From: Nitrosopumilaceae archaeon
Lineage (GTDB): Archaea > Thermoproteota > Nitrososphaeria > Nitrososphaerales > Nitrosopumilaceae
DNA: 64,000 bases
Assembly (NCBI GenBank): GCA_965214835.1
Contig: CBDCCK010000002.1
Coordinates: forward strand, 864,001 to 928,000
Reading direction: 5' to 3'
Position 1 is the stretch's first letter, and the number at the start of each line of letters is the position of its first letter. Shown here one piece after another: positions 52,487-63,800 of this stretch. The notes under the pieces were generated by a model, which was not told the DNA's origin, searched no databases, and was given only the letters and a program-made list of their open reading frames with translations. A program made the translations under genes and the position numbers.

Positions 52487-52771
52487 CTTGGGTTAACGGT
52501 TAACCCTGCCCAGCTGGGTCTTGAGCTCCAGGTTCTCCCTGAGCACGTCGTCAATCCGGGCCTCAAGCCTGCCTATCTTCTGGGATGGGAATAGGCCCTC
52601 CTGCAGCACGTCGGTTAGCCGTTTACCCTTCTTTTTTGTCTAGCTGCATGGCTGCCGCCTAACCCATCAGAGCCCCTGAAAACCATGCGACGTCATCCGG
52701 ACCGGGGCGTGCAGGCGGGGCAGAAGTTCAGAAAAACGGAGTCCGCGGGCGGAACTACGCGACAGCCGCGG

Positions 52772-54121
52772 TCACCAGACATCGTCTACCTCGTCGAGAA
52801 CCCTGTACTCCTTTTCCACATCCTTTCTCATGAACTTTAGCCTTGAAATGTCCCTGCCAAACAGGACGTCTGCGGTCCAGTCCAGGAAGACCCTAAAGCG
52901 CTTGTCCCAGGTCGGAATTTTTGAAAGATAGACGTTTCTCCACAGAATCCAGGCAAGCAGCCCGTGGATGTTCATGCCCAAAAACAGCGCGATGCCGGTT
53001 CTTTTCCCGATGATGGCCATCTGGCCCCTAGACTTGTACTCGAACCTTTTCTTGCTTCTGTTTTCAAGCAGGGCCTGCAGGTTGTATGCCGCGACCTTGG
53101 CCTGGGCCTCGGCAATCTGCGCCGTTGGCGGAAACGGCCTCCTGCTCTCCGGATCCAAAAACAGCGCACAGTCCCCGATCGCAAAGACGCCCGGAAAGTC
53201 CCTCGCCTCCAAACTATCATCAACGATAATTTTTCCCTTTTCAGTCTTGAACAGCGAGCGCTTGATCGTGTTGACCGGGGTCACGCCTGCAGTCCAGATC
53301 ACGGTCCTGGTCCGTATTGATTCGGCCGGGCCGCCTGCCGCCCCGTCCCCCACAGGATCCAGTCCCTTGACCACCACCTCCTCGCCGTCAAAGCTTGTCA
53401 CCGCAGTCCTCAGCCTGATCTCGATTCCCTGCTCGGTCAGCTTGTCCTGGGCAAACGCAGCAAGGCTTTCAGAAAACCCGGGCAGTATTGCGGGCAGGGC
53501 CTCCAGAATGACGACCCGGATGTCCTTTGCCGAGATGTTCCGGTAATGCCTGGTGACGTCCACCAGCAGGCCCATCAACTCGCCTGCCGTCTCGACTCCG
53601 GCAAACCCTCCCCCCACCACAACAAAGGTGAGCAGGCTCTTCTTCAGGATCGGATCGGTCTCGTTTTCTGCCTGCTCAAGCATGTCAATCACCCTGTTTC
53701 TGACCAGGACCGCGTCATTGAGGGTCTTCATCTGATAGGCGTTTTTTTCCAAATCACTCATTCCAAAAAAATTGGTTTCGCTGCCCAACGCAACAACCAG
53801 ATAATCGTAATGGATCGAAACCCCGCGCCTGTCCCCGCTTCCCCACAGGTTCACGATTTTTCCATAGGGATCAATGTTCTTCACCCTGCCTTCATAAAAT
53901 ACCGCCTTTTGCGTAATCGTCCTGATTGGCATGACGATGTGCCTAGTCTCAATCATGCCAGATGCCACCTGGGGCAGCATCGGCGTGAACAGCAGGAAGT
54001 TATCCTCACTGACCAAAACAATCTCGACCCCGGCTTCGTCTCGAAGGCGACCCTCCAGCTGCCTAGTGCACTCTACCCCTGCAAACCCCCCGCCTAGAAC
54101 CACTATACGCTTTTTCCTCAT
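52772..54121 (-). CDS. Type II NADH dehydrogenase-like FAD oxidoreductase
   Basis: Two GGGFAGVE motifs, LFTPMLP, WTAGV, AIGDCA, PPTAQIA. Confidence 0.92.
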   Translation of the reverse strand: MRKKRIVVLGGGFAGVECTRQLEGRLRDEAGVEIVLVSEDNFLLFTPMLPQVASGMIETRHIVMPIRTITQKAVFYEGRVKNIDPYGKIVNLWGSGDRRGVSIHYDYLVVALGSETNFFGMSDLEKNAYQMKTLNDAVLVRNRVIDMLEQAENETDPILKKSLLTFVVVGGGFAGVETAGELMGLLVDVTRHYRNISAKDIRVVILEALPAILPGFSESLAAFAQDKLTEQGIEIRLRTAVTSFDGEEVVVKGLDPVGDGAAGGPAESIRTRTVIWTAGVTPVNTIKRSLFKTEKGKIIVDDSLEARDFPGVFAIGDCALFLDPESRRPFPPTAQIAEAQAKVAAYNLQALLENRSKKRFEYKSRGQMAIIGKRTGIALFLGMNIHGLLAWILWRNVYLSKIPTWDKRFRVFLDWTADVLFGRDISRLKFMRKDVEKEYRVLDEVDDVW

Positions 54122-54183
54122 TTGGATACCGCTACTGTCATGCCATGAAAAACACGCCCATATAAAAAAATCCGGCCCAATGC

Positions 54184-54852
54184 CTAGTTATTCCTGGTAA
54201 TTTCTCCCCTGAGTATCTCATATGCCCTTGATGCCTCTCTCTCGTTTAGAATTATGATTATGTTCTCCTGACTGAAATACGCGTTAACCAGCTCGATGCC
54301 ACTGTCATGCAAGACCTCTGCTACATATGAGACGACATCCGAGCGATTTTCATGGGGCGGTATCAGGATTTTGATCTTGGCCAAACCCGTACTGAACATC
54401 TCCTTCTGTCCAGAATATGCATCAAACAACCGCCTGATGGACTCCATGTCCTCTGTAAGCAGCCTAAAAGAGTCTGTCAGCCTAAAGAACTCGTAATCCT
54501 GGGATATCTGGGAGAACTTGTCAATCAATGACGCAGCCTCTGCCCTGTTCATGTCTCTGGTTGAAAACTTGATGTCCATGATGCCGTCAGTTAGTGAAAG
54601 CCTGGCATTTTTGAGAACCGACTCCTCCTCTATCCCCTCCGTCCTGTCAAAGGAATCCGCATAGCGCTTGATGGCCACCACGATGGTGTTCAGATTTACA
54701 CTGCCCTCAAGCTGCCTTTCGACCTCTGGTTGCAGCTTTACCGCCAGTGCGGTATAGTTGATCACATCCATTTTCATGCAATCATAGACGGATCGGTTCC
54801 TCGTTATCAACTCCCTTACGACCTCTGGAACCGATATCCCCGTAGTCCTCAT
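54184..54852 (-). CDS. Conserved archaeal ACT-domain regulator-like protein
   Basis: INYTALA, TIVVAIKRY, C-terminal ACT-like segment. Confidence 0.75.
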   Translation of the reverse strand: MRTTGISVPEVVRELITRNRSVYDCMKMDVINYTALAVKLQPEVERQLEGSVNLNTIVVAIKRYADSFDRTEGIEEESVLKNARLSLTDGIMDIKFSTRDMNRAEAASLIDKFSQISQDYEFFRLTDSFRLLTEDMESIRRLFDAYSGQKEMFSTGLAKIKILIPPHENRSDVVSYVAEVLHDSGIELVNAYFSQENIIIILNEREASRAYEILRGEITRNN

Positions 54853-54948
54853 GGATATATTATACGTGTCACTTATAATAGGCTTATGTAATTATACCGT
54901 CTAATATTCATAATACTTATATTATGTCATACATATTACATATACTAG

Positions 54949-55449
54949 GTGAATATGACAATGTTCTTCGACGATGAATATGACAGACTCTTCAAAAAAA
55001 TGTCAAGATCCTTCAATCTTGAAGACGTCCTAGGAGAGTTTGGAAATGCAGGTTCGCCTTCCGGACCACTTTATTACGGTTATACAATGACCGTTGGCCC
55101 AGACGGCAAACCGGTGATACGGGAGTATGGCAATGTTAGACCAAGATCACTGCCTGCTTCAAATGGACGTGAGCCACTAGTGGATACGATTGTCGATGAA
55201 AAAGACAACGTGGTCAAGCTAGTCGCCGAAATGCCCGGCGTTGAAAAAAACGACATCAAGGTTGTCGTAGAAGGAAAATCGGTCGACATCTCAGCTGAGC
55301 ACGGCGAGAAAAAATACCGAGTAAAGGTTCCTATCAAGGACAACGTTGACAAGGATTCTGCAGGGGCCACCTACAAGAACGGAGTCCTGGAGGTATCCTT
55401 CAAAAGGATTCAGGCCAAGCCTACGGGCAAAACACTGGAGGTAAACTAA
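54949..55449 (+). CDS. hsp20: Archaeal small heat shock protein Hsp20
   Basis: YYGYTMTVGPDGKP, EPLVD, AEMPGV, ATYKNGVLEV. Confidence 0.95.
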   Translation: MNMTMFFDDEYDRLFKKMSRSFNLEDVLGEFGNAGSPSGPLYYGYTMTVGPDGKPVIREYGNVRPRSLPASNGREPLVDTIVDEKDNVVKLVAEMPGVEKNDIKVVVEGKSVDISAEHGEKKYRVKVPIKDNVDKDSAGATYKNGVLEVSFKRIQAKPTGKTLEVN

Positions 55450-55475
55450 CCTCCTTCTTTTTTTGGTGATACGAT

Positions 55476-57605
55476 ATGAGTAAAACAGAACTGAAAATCG
55501 CAGAAATACCCCAGCAGCATGTTGGAAAGGGAAGGGCGATAATTGATCCAAAGGTCCTTGAGGAAAATAACTGGACCTCTGGACAGATAATCGAGTTGAC
55601 ATATAACAAAAAATCCCACGTGAAACTGTGGCCAGGAGCAACGTCAGACTATGATACTGGCACAATCAAAATTGACGGCGTGACCAGGCAAAACATCGGG
55701 GCGGGAATAGGAGACAGGGTATCCATCAAATCCGTAGAGGCGGATCCGGCAGAGCAGATCACGCTCTCCCCAACCGAAAAGGTTCGTGCCGGGGGCCTGC
55801 AAGAATACATGGCTCAAAACTACCTCAACCACGTGTTCACAACGGGCGATACCATCACCCTTAATACGCAGATGGGAGGCAAAATTCAGTTTGTCATAAC
55901 CAGTACAAAGCCCCCCAAGCCGGTAATTGTAACCGAGGACACCGAGTTCAAGCTTGGCTCGCTGACCAAGGCAGTGGACACGTCGGTTCCACGGGTCACC
56001 TATGATGATCTTGGCGGTCTAAAAACCGAGGTTCAAAAAATACGTGAGATGGTCGAGCTTCCAATGAGGCATCCGGAGATCTTTGAGAGGATAGGCGTGG
56101 AGGCGCCAAAGGGAGTCCTGCTGTACGGGCCACCTGGAACCGGAAAGACGCTGCTGGCAAAGGCCGTTGCGGGGGAGACCAATGCCAACTTTACCTCGCT
56201 GAGCGGTCCTGAAATAATGGGCAAGTATTACGGGGAAAGCGAGGAGCGCATCAGGGAAATCTTCAAGCAGGCAGAGGAGAACTCTCCGAGCATAGTGTTC
56301 ATTGACGAGATAGACTCCATTGCTCCAAAAAGGGACGAGGTCTCCGGCGAGGTGGAAAAAAGGATTGTTTCACAGCTTCTGACCCTGATGGACGGGATGA
56401 AATCCAGGGGAAAGGTGGTAGTCATTGCGGCCACCAACAGGCAGGACTCGATTGATCCTGCGCTGAGGCGCCCGGGAAGATTTGACAGGGAAATCGAGAT
56501 TGGAATTCCCGACGAGGAGGGCCGCCGGGACATCCTCAGTATCCATACAAGGGGAATGCCAATAGACGACAAGGCTGACCTAAATGAGGTATCGAAGATA
56601 ACCCACGGCTTTGTGGGGGCCGATCTTGAGATCCTCTCAAAGGAGGCGGCCATGCGCTCGTTACGGAGAATTCTGCCGGAAATAGACCTTGATCAGGAAA
56701 AGGTATCGCCTGAGATCCTGCAGAAGATCAGGGTTACCGGCGAGGACTTTAGGGACGCGCTAAAGGAGGTACGGCCCTCTGCCTTGCGGGAGGTACTGGT
56801 CCAGATTCCCAACATTACATGGAATGACGTGGGCGGACTGGAGGATCTCAAGGCCGAGCTTGAGGAATCCATAGAGTGGCCCCTCAAGCACGTAGAGGCA
56901 TTTGAGTACGCCGGAGTCCGGGCCCCCAGAGGAATCCTGCTTCACGGTTCGCCGGGAACCGGGAAGACGCTGATTGCAAAGGCTGTCGCAAAAATGACGG
57001 ACTCTAACTTCATCGGAATCAAGGGTCCGGAACTGCTTTCAAAATGGGTAGGCGAGTCTGAAAAGGGAGTGAGGGAGATCTTTAGAAAGGCGCGACAGGC
57101 TGCCCCCTGCATCATATTCTTTGACGAAATCGACGCAATAATTCCCAGGCGCGGCGGCTCTGACTCGGGCTCGCATGTGACCGAAAGCGTGGTGTCTCAG
57201 ATCCTGACCGAGATCGACGGGCTGGAGGAGCTGCAGGACGTGCTGATAATCGGTGCCACAAACCGGCTGGACATCATAGATCCTGCACTGCTGCGGCCCG
57301 GCAGGTTTGACAGAATAATCGAGGTGCCAAAACCAGACAAGGCAGGCAGGGAGCACATATTCAGGATACATACAAAAAACAAGCCGCTGGCACCAGACGT
57401 CAACCTTGCAAGGATGGCCGAGATCTCCGAGGGACTAAGCGGCGCAGAAATCGAGTCCGCTACAAACAGGGCCGCACTGGCATCCCTGAAGCGACATGTC
57501 AGCGGCGGATCTGAAAACGTAAAGGAAATCAGGATTACGCAGGAGGATCTGGCCGATGCAGTCAGGCTGGTCTCCCCCGGCCCCCTGCCGGGGAAGAGAT
57601 TTTAA
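55476..57605 (+). CDS. CDC48/p97 family AAA ATPase
   Basis: Two AAA modules ([16 protein letters not shown]; [11 protein letters not shown]). Confidence 0.97.
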   Translation: MSKTELKIAEIPQQHVGKGRAIIDPKVLEENNWTSGQIIELTYNKKSHVKLWPGATSDYDTGTIKIDGVTRQNIGAGIGDRVSIKSVEADPAEQITLSPTEKVRAGGLQEYMAQNYLNHVFTTGDTITLNTQMGGKIQFVITSTKPPKPVIVTEDTEFKLGSLTKAVDTSVPRVTYDDLGGLKTEVQKIREMVELPMRHPEIFERIGVEAPKGVLLYGPPGTGKTLLAKAVAGETNANFTSLSGPEIMGKYYGESEERIREIFKQAEENSPSIVFIDEIDSIAPKRDEVSGEVEKRIVSQLLTLMDGMKSRGKVVVIAATNRQDSIDPALRRPGRFDREIEIGIPDEEGRRDILSIHTRGMPIDDKADLNEVSKITHGFVGADLEILSKEAAMRSLRRILPEIDLDQEKVSPEILQKIRVTGEDFRDALKEVRPSALREVLVQIPNITWNDVGGLEDLKAELEESIEWPLKHVEAFEYAGVRAPRGILLHGSPGTGKTLIAKAVAKMTDSNFIGIKGPELLSKWVGESEKGVREIFRKARQAAPCIIFFDEIDAIIPRRGGSDSGSHVTESVVSQILTEIDGLEELQDVLIIGATNRLDIIDPALLRPGRFDRIIEVPKPDKAGREHIFRIHTKNKPLAPDVNLARMAEISEGLSGAEIESATNRAALASLKRHVSGGSENVKEIRITQEDLADAVRLVSPGPLPGKRF

Positions 57606-57636
57606 CCCCCGAGCCAAAGCAAGACCCGGCATAACC

Positions 57637-57855
57637 TTGAAGCTTTACATTGATTTTGAGCCCTGTGATGAGTGCAGGACCATGATGCAGGAGCTAAACA
57701 GCCTGGAGATGGCGTTTGCCGACGAGGCAATCCGTGCCGACGAGTCTGCAAGATTCCTGCGCCATTTGACATACAACCATACCGAGGTCGTAAGGGGCGT
57801 CATGAAGGACCTGCCAAGGCAAAAAAGAGGCCAGGAATACGACTTTTTCAAGTGA
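57637..57855 (+). CDS. Small hypothetical protein (CxxC, HxxxxH)
   Basis: LKLYIDFEPCDECR...RHLTYNH. Confidence 0.6.
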   Translation: MKLYIDFEPCDECRTMMQELNSLEMAFADEAIRADESARFLRHLTYNHTEVVRGVMKDLPRQKRGQEYDFFK

Positions 57856-57861
57856 CATTTC

Positions 57862-57937
57862 GTGCTAGGCCACCTGCCCCTTCAGCCAGGCACGAATTAG
57901 CATGCATGACCATGGTTTTCATGTATGCCAGCAGGGT
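57862..57937. repeat. Degenerate MITE family A copy
   Basis: GGCCACCTGCCCC..CAGCCAGGCACGAATTAGCATGCATG matches 2015-2107. Confidence 0.7.
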
Positions 57938-58482
57938 CCAACATACGATCAACATACGCGATGTCGGTGCAAGACCCGCACTCGCCGGGGCACGTAAACG
58001 ATGTCAGGCATTGCCGGATGAGGCATTCCACGTTCTGGGGCGATGTAGTCAACTCATAAAAAAAGTGGATAGTTTTGACAATTGCTTTTGGCCCAAGGGT
58101 CTAGGATCAGGCAAACCGTACGCGCATGCATGGAAAAACAGACAGAATTCGCGACATCGGGGGCAGATTCCTGCCAGGCAAGGCACCCATGCCTTTGCAA
58201 GGCGTACCAGACCGGCAAAAGGGAACGCGGCAGGCTGCCGTTGCGGTCAGCCCGTCAGGTATCGGAACATCTTTACCGGAAGGATCTCGCGCCTGGCAAA
58301 CAGCCTTCGCTTTATCTCCCTGTACCGTATCTCGACGGGGTTGAGTTCCGGCGTGTACGGTAGTAGACCTCATGCGTAATCGGTTAAAATCAAAAAAACC
58401 AAGCAGCTTTTGCGTCATTTTTGGCAAATACGCACAAGGCCTACTGCCGATCTTTTGATCTACCTTCCGCGGTTTTGCCGCG

Positions 58483-59487
58483 TCATATTGTTTCCCTTAT
58501 CAGACGTACCAGGGACTCTGAGGCCACGTCGTTTGTAAGGTTCTTCATGGTGTGCCGCTTTCCCTGCAGGGCTATCTGCTCCCACCTTGGACTGTCCGGG
58601 TCGTCTAGATAGTCCTGAAACTTTCTGCGGTAGTTTCTCTGGTTGATAAAAATTGCCGTCTCCCCGTCACGAAACCCAAGATATCCGCCGTCGTTTTCAG
58701 GCGTCATTTCCATGAACGTAAGGCATCCTGCAGCGGTGGACTCGTAATACTTGATCGTGGGATAGTATCCGGTGGCGGCAATGGCCGTCCTGTACTGCGA
58801 CAGGTGTGTGATAAAATCGGGATGGCCGCCGTGCACGTATGTGATGGTTCCCGGTATGACTCCGGCATGATCCACATATGGCAGCTTTTTGCACATTTTT
58901 CTTAGCTTGTAGATGTTCCACACTGTACTGCGCCCTAACTTCATGGCATTGAGCATACGGCCAACGAGCGATTTGGGCTCTCCAAGCATGCCTGTAAGCA
59001 GGATGCGATCCTTTATCCTGTCTCCAAACGGCTTGCAGTACGGCAGATCCGGCTCGACGCCATATGTTATAGTCCTGTATTTGAAATCACCGGGAAAATG
59101 CCTGTAAAAATAACTGGAAGGCATGAAGTTAAAGTAGCAGTTGATCCTGTATTTTTCATGAAATCCGATCAGATCCCAGCTTTTTGCAAAGTGTGGATCG
59201 TGGGTATGGGCAACCACCGGGATGTCGGCTCTCCTTATGTTGTCAAGGCATGGCGTGCTCTTGTCGCTGTTTGTGCACAGTATCGCGTCGTACCTTCCAC
59301 GCAGTTTGAGCGTATCAAAGCTGTGCTCTGCGGGAAAATACCCCATGTCCAGGTTTTTGTTTCGCCGTAGCGCGTGGAAGAAGAAATAATACCTGTTGTT
59401 GATGGAGTTGTTTTTGCTATAGTATGGCCATGACGGCCTGTAGACAAAGGCGACCCTGATCCTGTTCCCCCCCACCTGACCTGTCAT
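58483..59487 (-). CDS. Glycosyltransferase-like protein (GT-B, Glyco_trans_1_2 type)
   Basis: HDPH, KYYESTAAGCL, GFRDGETAIFI, IALQGKRH. Confidence 0.7.
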   Translation of the reverse strand: MTGQVGGNRIRVAFVYRPSWPYYSKNNSINNRYYFFFHALRRNKNLDMGYFPAEHSFDTLKLRGRYDAILCTNSDKSTPCLDNIRRADIPVVAHTHDPHFAKSWDLIGFHEKYRINCYFNFMPSSYFYRHFPGDFKYRTITYGVEPDLPYCKPFGDRIKDRILLTGMLGEPKSLVGRMLNAMKLGRSTVWNIYKLRKMCKKLPYVDHAGVIPGTITYVHGGHPDFITHLSQYRTAIAATGYYPTIKYYESTAAGCLTFMEMTPENDGGYLGFRDGETAIFINQRNYRRKFQDYLDDPDSPRWEQIALQGKRHTMKNLTNDVASESLVRLIRETI

Positions 59488-59734
59488 TTTGGCCTGCCCC
59501 CCACCATGGCAGCTCTTTCTGCTGTAGTACAGCTGCACAAGCCATCTTGTACAGATCCCTGTCCTCGGTTTGTCATGCTCCGCACTTTTGCCTCACCATG
59601 TATCGGCAGCAGGATTTTCTGTATTTGCCTGCTGTATCTGCACCCGACAAGAAAACTCATCCCTAGATCCAATGTTGTTTCGTACTAGCCCAGATATATA
59701 GTGTGAAGCAAAAGCTTGTGAAGATCAAGATGTC

Positions 59735-60310
59735 ATGGGATGCCTCGGAAAAGTCCAGGATTTCACGAACTTGTGTTTTTCACTATATGTAACCACGAAT
59801 CCTGCCTTCCTATATGTAGCCAGACTCATGGCGGTGCGGACGGTGGCGTGCGGATCTGCACGCTGGCCTCATTTGCCGAACAACTTGGCAGGTCGTACTC
59901 CGATACGCGACTGGCTGATACGGGCCGTGCATCTTGGCGCACAAGGCAGGTACGACATCAAGGGCCCGGCACCAAGATGTGGCTGGACACAGAGCAGCTT
60001 GAGCTGGTGCGTGCCGACTGATTGCAGGCCCGCGCAGCTGCGGATTCGAGTCGGAGGTGTGGACCACACCACTGCTTGCCTAGCACATCAGAAGAAAATA
60101 CGGTGTCAATTACGCCATCTCCAGCGTACACGATACCCTGCACAAGCTGGGCTTGTCATGCAGGAAACCCGTCATCCAAAACACCCAAAATCAGCCACGG
60201 AATCCGAGAAAAGGAAGTTCAAAAAAAGCTGGGCGGTGTGCGAGGTACTATTCGAAGAAGGGATACACGGTAATGATGGACGACGAGGCCTCGTTCATCC
60301 CGGGGCGGAA
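59735..60310 (+). pseudogene. IS630-family transposase remnant
   Basis: WTTPLLA*HIRRKYGVNY..SVHDTLHKLGLSCRKP, RKFKK, DEASF across frames. Confidence 0.6.
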
Positions 60311-60529
60311 CTGTGTTATGTGGAAATAATGTCCGCTATCCATTGATGTCTCCCTCCATCCTTTTGGGGTCAGATTTCCTGATCGTATCCCTAGTCGTTT
60401 TATCCGAGAACGCCATGATGGGCGTCTGGCGGTTGGCTATGTCCAACCCAAAGTGCAGCCTGCGTTCGTTATACTCCACGTATACAGACAGGCTCTCATA
60501 GTGGTGTATTTCCTTCTCGATGGGGGGGG

Positions 60530-60660
60530 GGGGTTGTCGCCTAATTCCACTTGTTTGACCCAACCTGCACGTTTTTCTGAATTTCCACTCCTTTTACACG
60601 CCTGATCCATATGGCAGCTCAATGGTTTTCAGGAATTCTGATGAATTAGGCGACAACCCC
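60530..60660. mobile_element. About 131-bp MITE (family C)
   Basis: TIR GGGGTTGTCGCCTAATTC / GAATTAGGCGACAACCCC; 9-bp direct repeat TCTCGATGG. Confidence 0.85.
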
Positions 60661-60790
60661 TCTCGATGGTACCGTGGAGTCGCTTCAGCTTGCCGTTGGT
60701 CTGCGGATGGTACGGTCTGGAGTTTATCAACCCGATTCCGCGATCCAAAAGCTCGGCCTCAAAGGCCGTCGGCTACCACATACCCCGAGG

Positions 60791-61984
60791 GGGGTTGTCC
60801 AATTTTTTTCCGCAGGCTGCCAATTTGCCCCCGATATAGGCAGTCTCAGACGGCAATATAGAGCACTTGGCGGCCCCGGACGGCCAGAACGGCGCATACA
60901 GCAACGCAAATATCCATGCAGGCCATACCTTACGGTAGTGTTGCGGTCCAACAGTACGGGATTTGTGATGATTTACACCGTAAGGTTGTAGCACAACACG
61001 CGAGCGAACAGCTCTACAGTGATGGTTCCGTCCAGCTTTGCACGCAGGACGGATCCAGCCCTTTCCTTCATTACCGAGAACAGGGACTCTGCCTGGCTCC
61101 TCTTGTGATAGGCCTGCCAGAACTCGTCTGGCCTGTCACGCAGCCACTGCAGCATCCTGGCCCGGGCGCCAAACCCGCGTGGCTTTTCATGCCCCTTTGC
61201 CGGCTTTATGACAGGTCCGCGGCCGCTCTTTGCAATCAGCTCGCAGTTTTTGTACGAGTCGTATGCCGAATCCAGCGCCACGATTCCGTATCCGCCCTTG
61301 GGGATGCGGCTCATCATGCGGGCAAACTCCGGCGAGTCCCCCGACGTGCCCGGCGTGGCCTCAAATGACAGTATCTTGCCCCCGATTGCAGCAATTGCGT
61401 GCAGTTTTGCAAAGTCGTGTCCGGTCACCTCCCCATGTTTTGCGTGGCTCCAGCTCTTGTACTTGCGGAGGCCGAATCCCGTCGAGTCGCCGTGCAGGTC
61501 CGCTATGCGCTCGCCTTCGGACATGGCCAGTACGACCTCGTCCATAAAGTCCTTGCCCATTCTCCAGAGCATGGTCATCCTGTTGTGCAGCGTCGACTTG
61601 GAGAGCGTACGACTCAGGCCGCATCTCCTGAGATCGTCCGGGTTTGACTCCAGGTGCGTGACCATCCTCCTGTAGGACAGGCGATTCTCGATTCTGAGGA
61701 TCGCAATGCGTATGGCAGACCACGCAAGGCCGGCATCGATTCCCGTTTCGGCGGCCATCTTCTTGGCCACCCTGCGTACGATCTTTCCCAGGTTCCTCCT
61801 TGTCCTCTTCTTGCGGGAGCTCTCCTGCCTGCGCTTTTGCTCGTAAAGGCGGTTATAGTCCGTGTCCTTCCTGTTGTTGCTCATTGGGATATCCAGGATC
61901 GGCAGATCAAAATCATTTTCGGCGCCGTGCGCTCATGATCTATAAGCTTGTCGGTCGTTTTGCGGAAATTTTTTGGACAACCCC
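60791..61984 (-). mobile_element. IS5-family element (IS903/ISH1-like), transposase 60973-61884
   Basis: TIR GGGGTTGTCCAA / TTGGACAACCCC; 9-bp TSD ACCCCGAGG; DSTG, KLH, DSAYD, YHKRSQAESLFSVMK. Confidence 0.85.
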
Positions 61985-62457
61985 ACCCCGAGGCACCGTC
62001 TTTTTGTTCCTGTCCCCGTTAAAGCACATGTCGTTGTCTGAGAGTATCGTGGCAGGCGTGCCAAACCTACCTATGACATCCCTGAGCACGGCTACCGCAT
62101 TCTCAGAGGTGGCCTCGGTGAAGACCTGTGCTGCCACCATGCACCTAGAAGCATCATCCAGATACGTGGCCAGCTTGAGCCCCCTGAACCTAGGATCCTT
62201 CATCTCATGCCAGCCTGCGTGCCACATGGCATTAGAATAGATACGTTCATACTGCAGCCACTTCTTTTGGCATGACTTGGCATCTGATGCAGCAACGAGT
62301 CCCTGCTCCTTCATCATCCGATATACGCGATTGTAGCTTATAGCGTGACCTGCATCCTGCAGGCGCATGGCCGTACGCATCACGCCTATGTGCTTGAGTG
62401 TATGTCAAGGACTGCCTGCACCTAGTCTGACGGGGGTTGTTGCAAAAAAAAATTCAT

Positions 62458-63412
62458 GGTAATACGTAATCATTTGGCCGAGCAAAAAACAGATAATACG
62501 ACCAGCATTCGTGCAAGTCGTGCCTAGCACAGATCCAATAAAACTGGCCAACAGCATGTCAAAAAGTAGGGTCTATTTTCGGCACGCCAGATGGAATGGA
62601 AGGAGGACATGTCCCAAATGCGAGTGCAGGGGGGGGTCTATCACACAGGAGATCGATTCCGGTGTAAAAGATGCTGGTATAGGTTCGACGAGTTTACTGG
62701 CACATACTTGGCAAGGATCAGGCTTCCACCCAACACGGTAATCCTTCTGCTGTATCTGTTTTCGGTAGGAGTTCCGGCATACAGGCTACGATTTAGCATA
62801 AACGTCAGTCTTAGGTCCATAGAACATGCGTTCATGGTGTTTCGCGATGCCATATACGAGGCCGCAATCAGAGAGATGAAAATGCTGTCTGGAGACATAG
62901 AATTTGATGAGGCGATGTTCGGGGGACATCGTAAAGGAAAGCGTGGCTGGGGTGCCGAAGGCAAGACGATCGTATTTGGAATATATGCGAGAAGCGGACA
63001 GGTAATGACGTTTCCAGTACCTGACCGAAAACGCACCACTCTCCGGCCGCTGATCGAAAAGCACACCAAGGCAGGTTCGCTATACTATACAGACGAGCAT
63101 GCTGCATATGCGTTTCTCTCCACCAGGGGAATGCACAAGACGGTAACCCACAGCAACGACGAGTTTGTACGTGATGTAAATATCCACAGCAACGACGAGT
63201 TTGTACGTGATGTAAATATCCACATCAATGGAATGGAGGGGTTCTGGAGCTATGCCAAACACTGGATGTACCAGTACCGTGGGATTCGAAAACGGTACTT
63301 TCCCCTTTATTTGAAGGAGGTAGAGTTCAGATTCAACCATCGAGACGAGGATTTGTTTCCGGTATTGGTGGATCTGTTAGTAAATCGCTCGGCCAAATGA
63401 CTACGTATTACC
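62458..63412 (+). mobile_element. IS1595-family (ISXO2-like) element, transposase frameshifted
   Basis: TIR GGTAATACGTA.TCATTTGGCCGAGC; AATTCAT duplicated; CPKC..CKRC, EFDEAMFGG, YTDE, HINGMEGFWS, YLKEVEFRFN; frameshift in a G-run near 62630. Confidence 0.9.
63149..63220 (+). repeat. 36-bp tandem duplication within the IS1595 transposase
   Basis: CACAGCAACGACGAGTTTGTACGTGATGTAAATATC x2 (HSNDEFVRDVNI x2). Confidence 0.95.
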
Positions 63413-63800
63413 AATTCATTTTTGGAATTCATGAAAACCGTTGAGATGCCATATGATTAGGCGTGCAAAAGGGCGAAAATTCAGAAAAACGTGCAGATTG
63501 GGTCAAACAAGTGGAGTTAGGCAACAACCCCGGTCTGACGGTACCGGGCGTAAACCCATCCCACGTGTCGTGGTGTCACATTCATGTCCCGGGTCAGTGA
63601 TGTGGCGCTCTTTTCCGGCAATTACGGCACAGGACGACATGATCTCCTTGTCCGACATTTTTCTTGTCACGTCTTTGATCGGCACAGTCTGAAATAATCC
63701 TCAAGTACGCCTAATCTCGGATGGAACTAATTTTCATACGATACACGCTTTTCAAGTAATATTAGAAAATTTTAAGAAAAGCAACAAATCCCCCTCTATT

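Larger units (their letters stand above)
62433..63531. mobile_element. MITE family C copy (inverted) interrupted by the IS1595-family element
   Basis: 63420-63531 is reverse-complement homologous to 60530-60660; flanks AGTCTGACG / GGTCTGACG. Confidence 0.75.
60336..63740 (-). pseudogene. IS481-family element broken by nested insertions
   Basis: Pieces YSNAMWH..DDASR..SDN (61985-62383), HPQTNGK (~60690), YNERRLH (60336-60510); 5' remnant 63541-63740. Confidence 0.7.

Noticed and set aside
43400-52760. att-site duplication of a tRNA 3' end bounding the island
   Set aside because: No convincing second copy of either tRNA end was found by eye.
57940-58480. Possible gene or transposase remnant
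   Set aside because: No recognisable motif or consistent reading frame.
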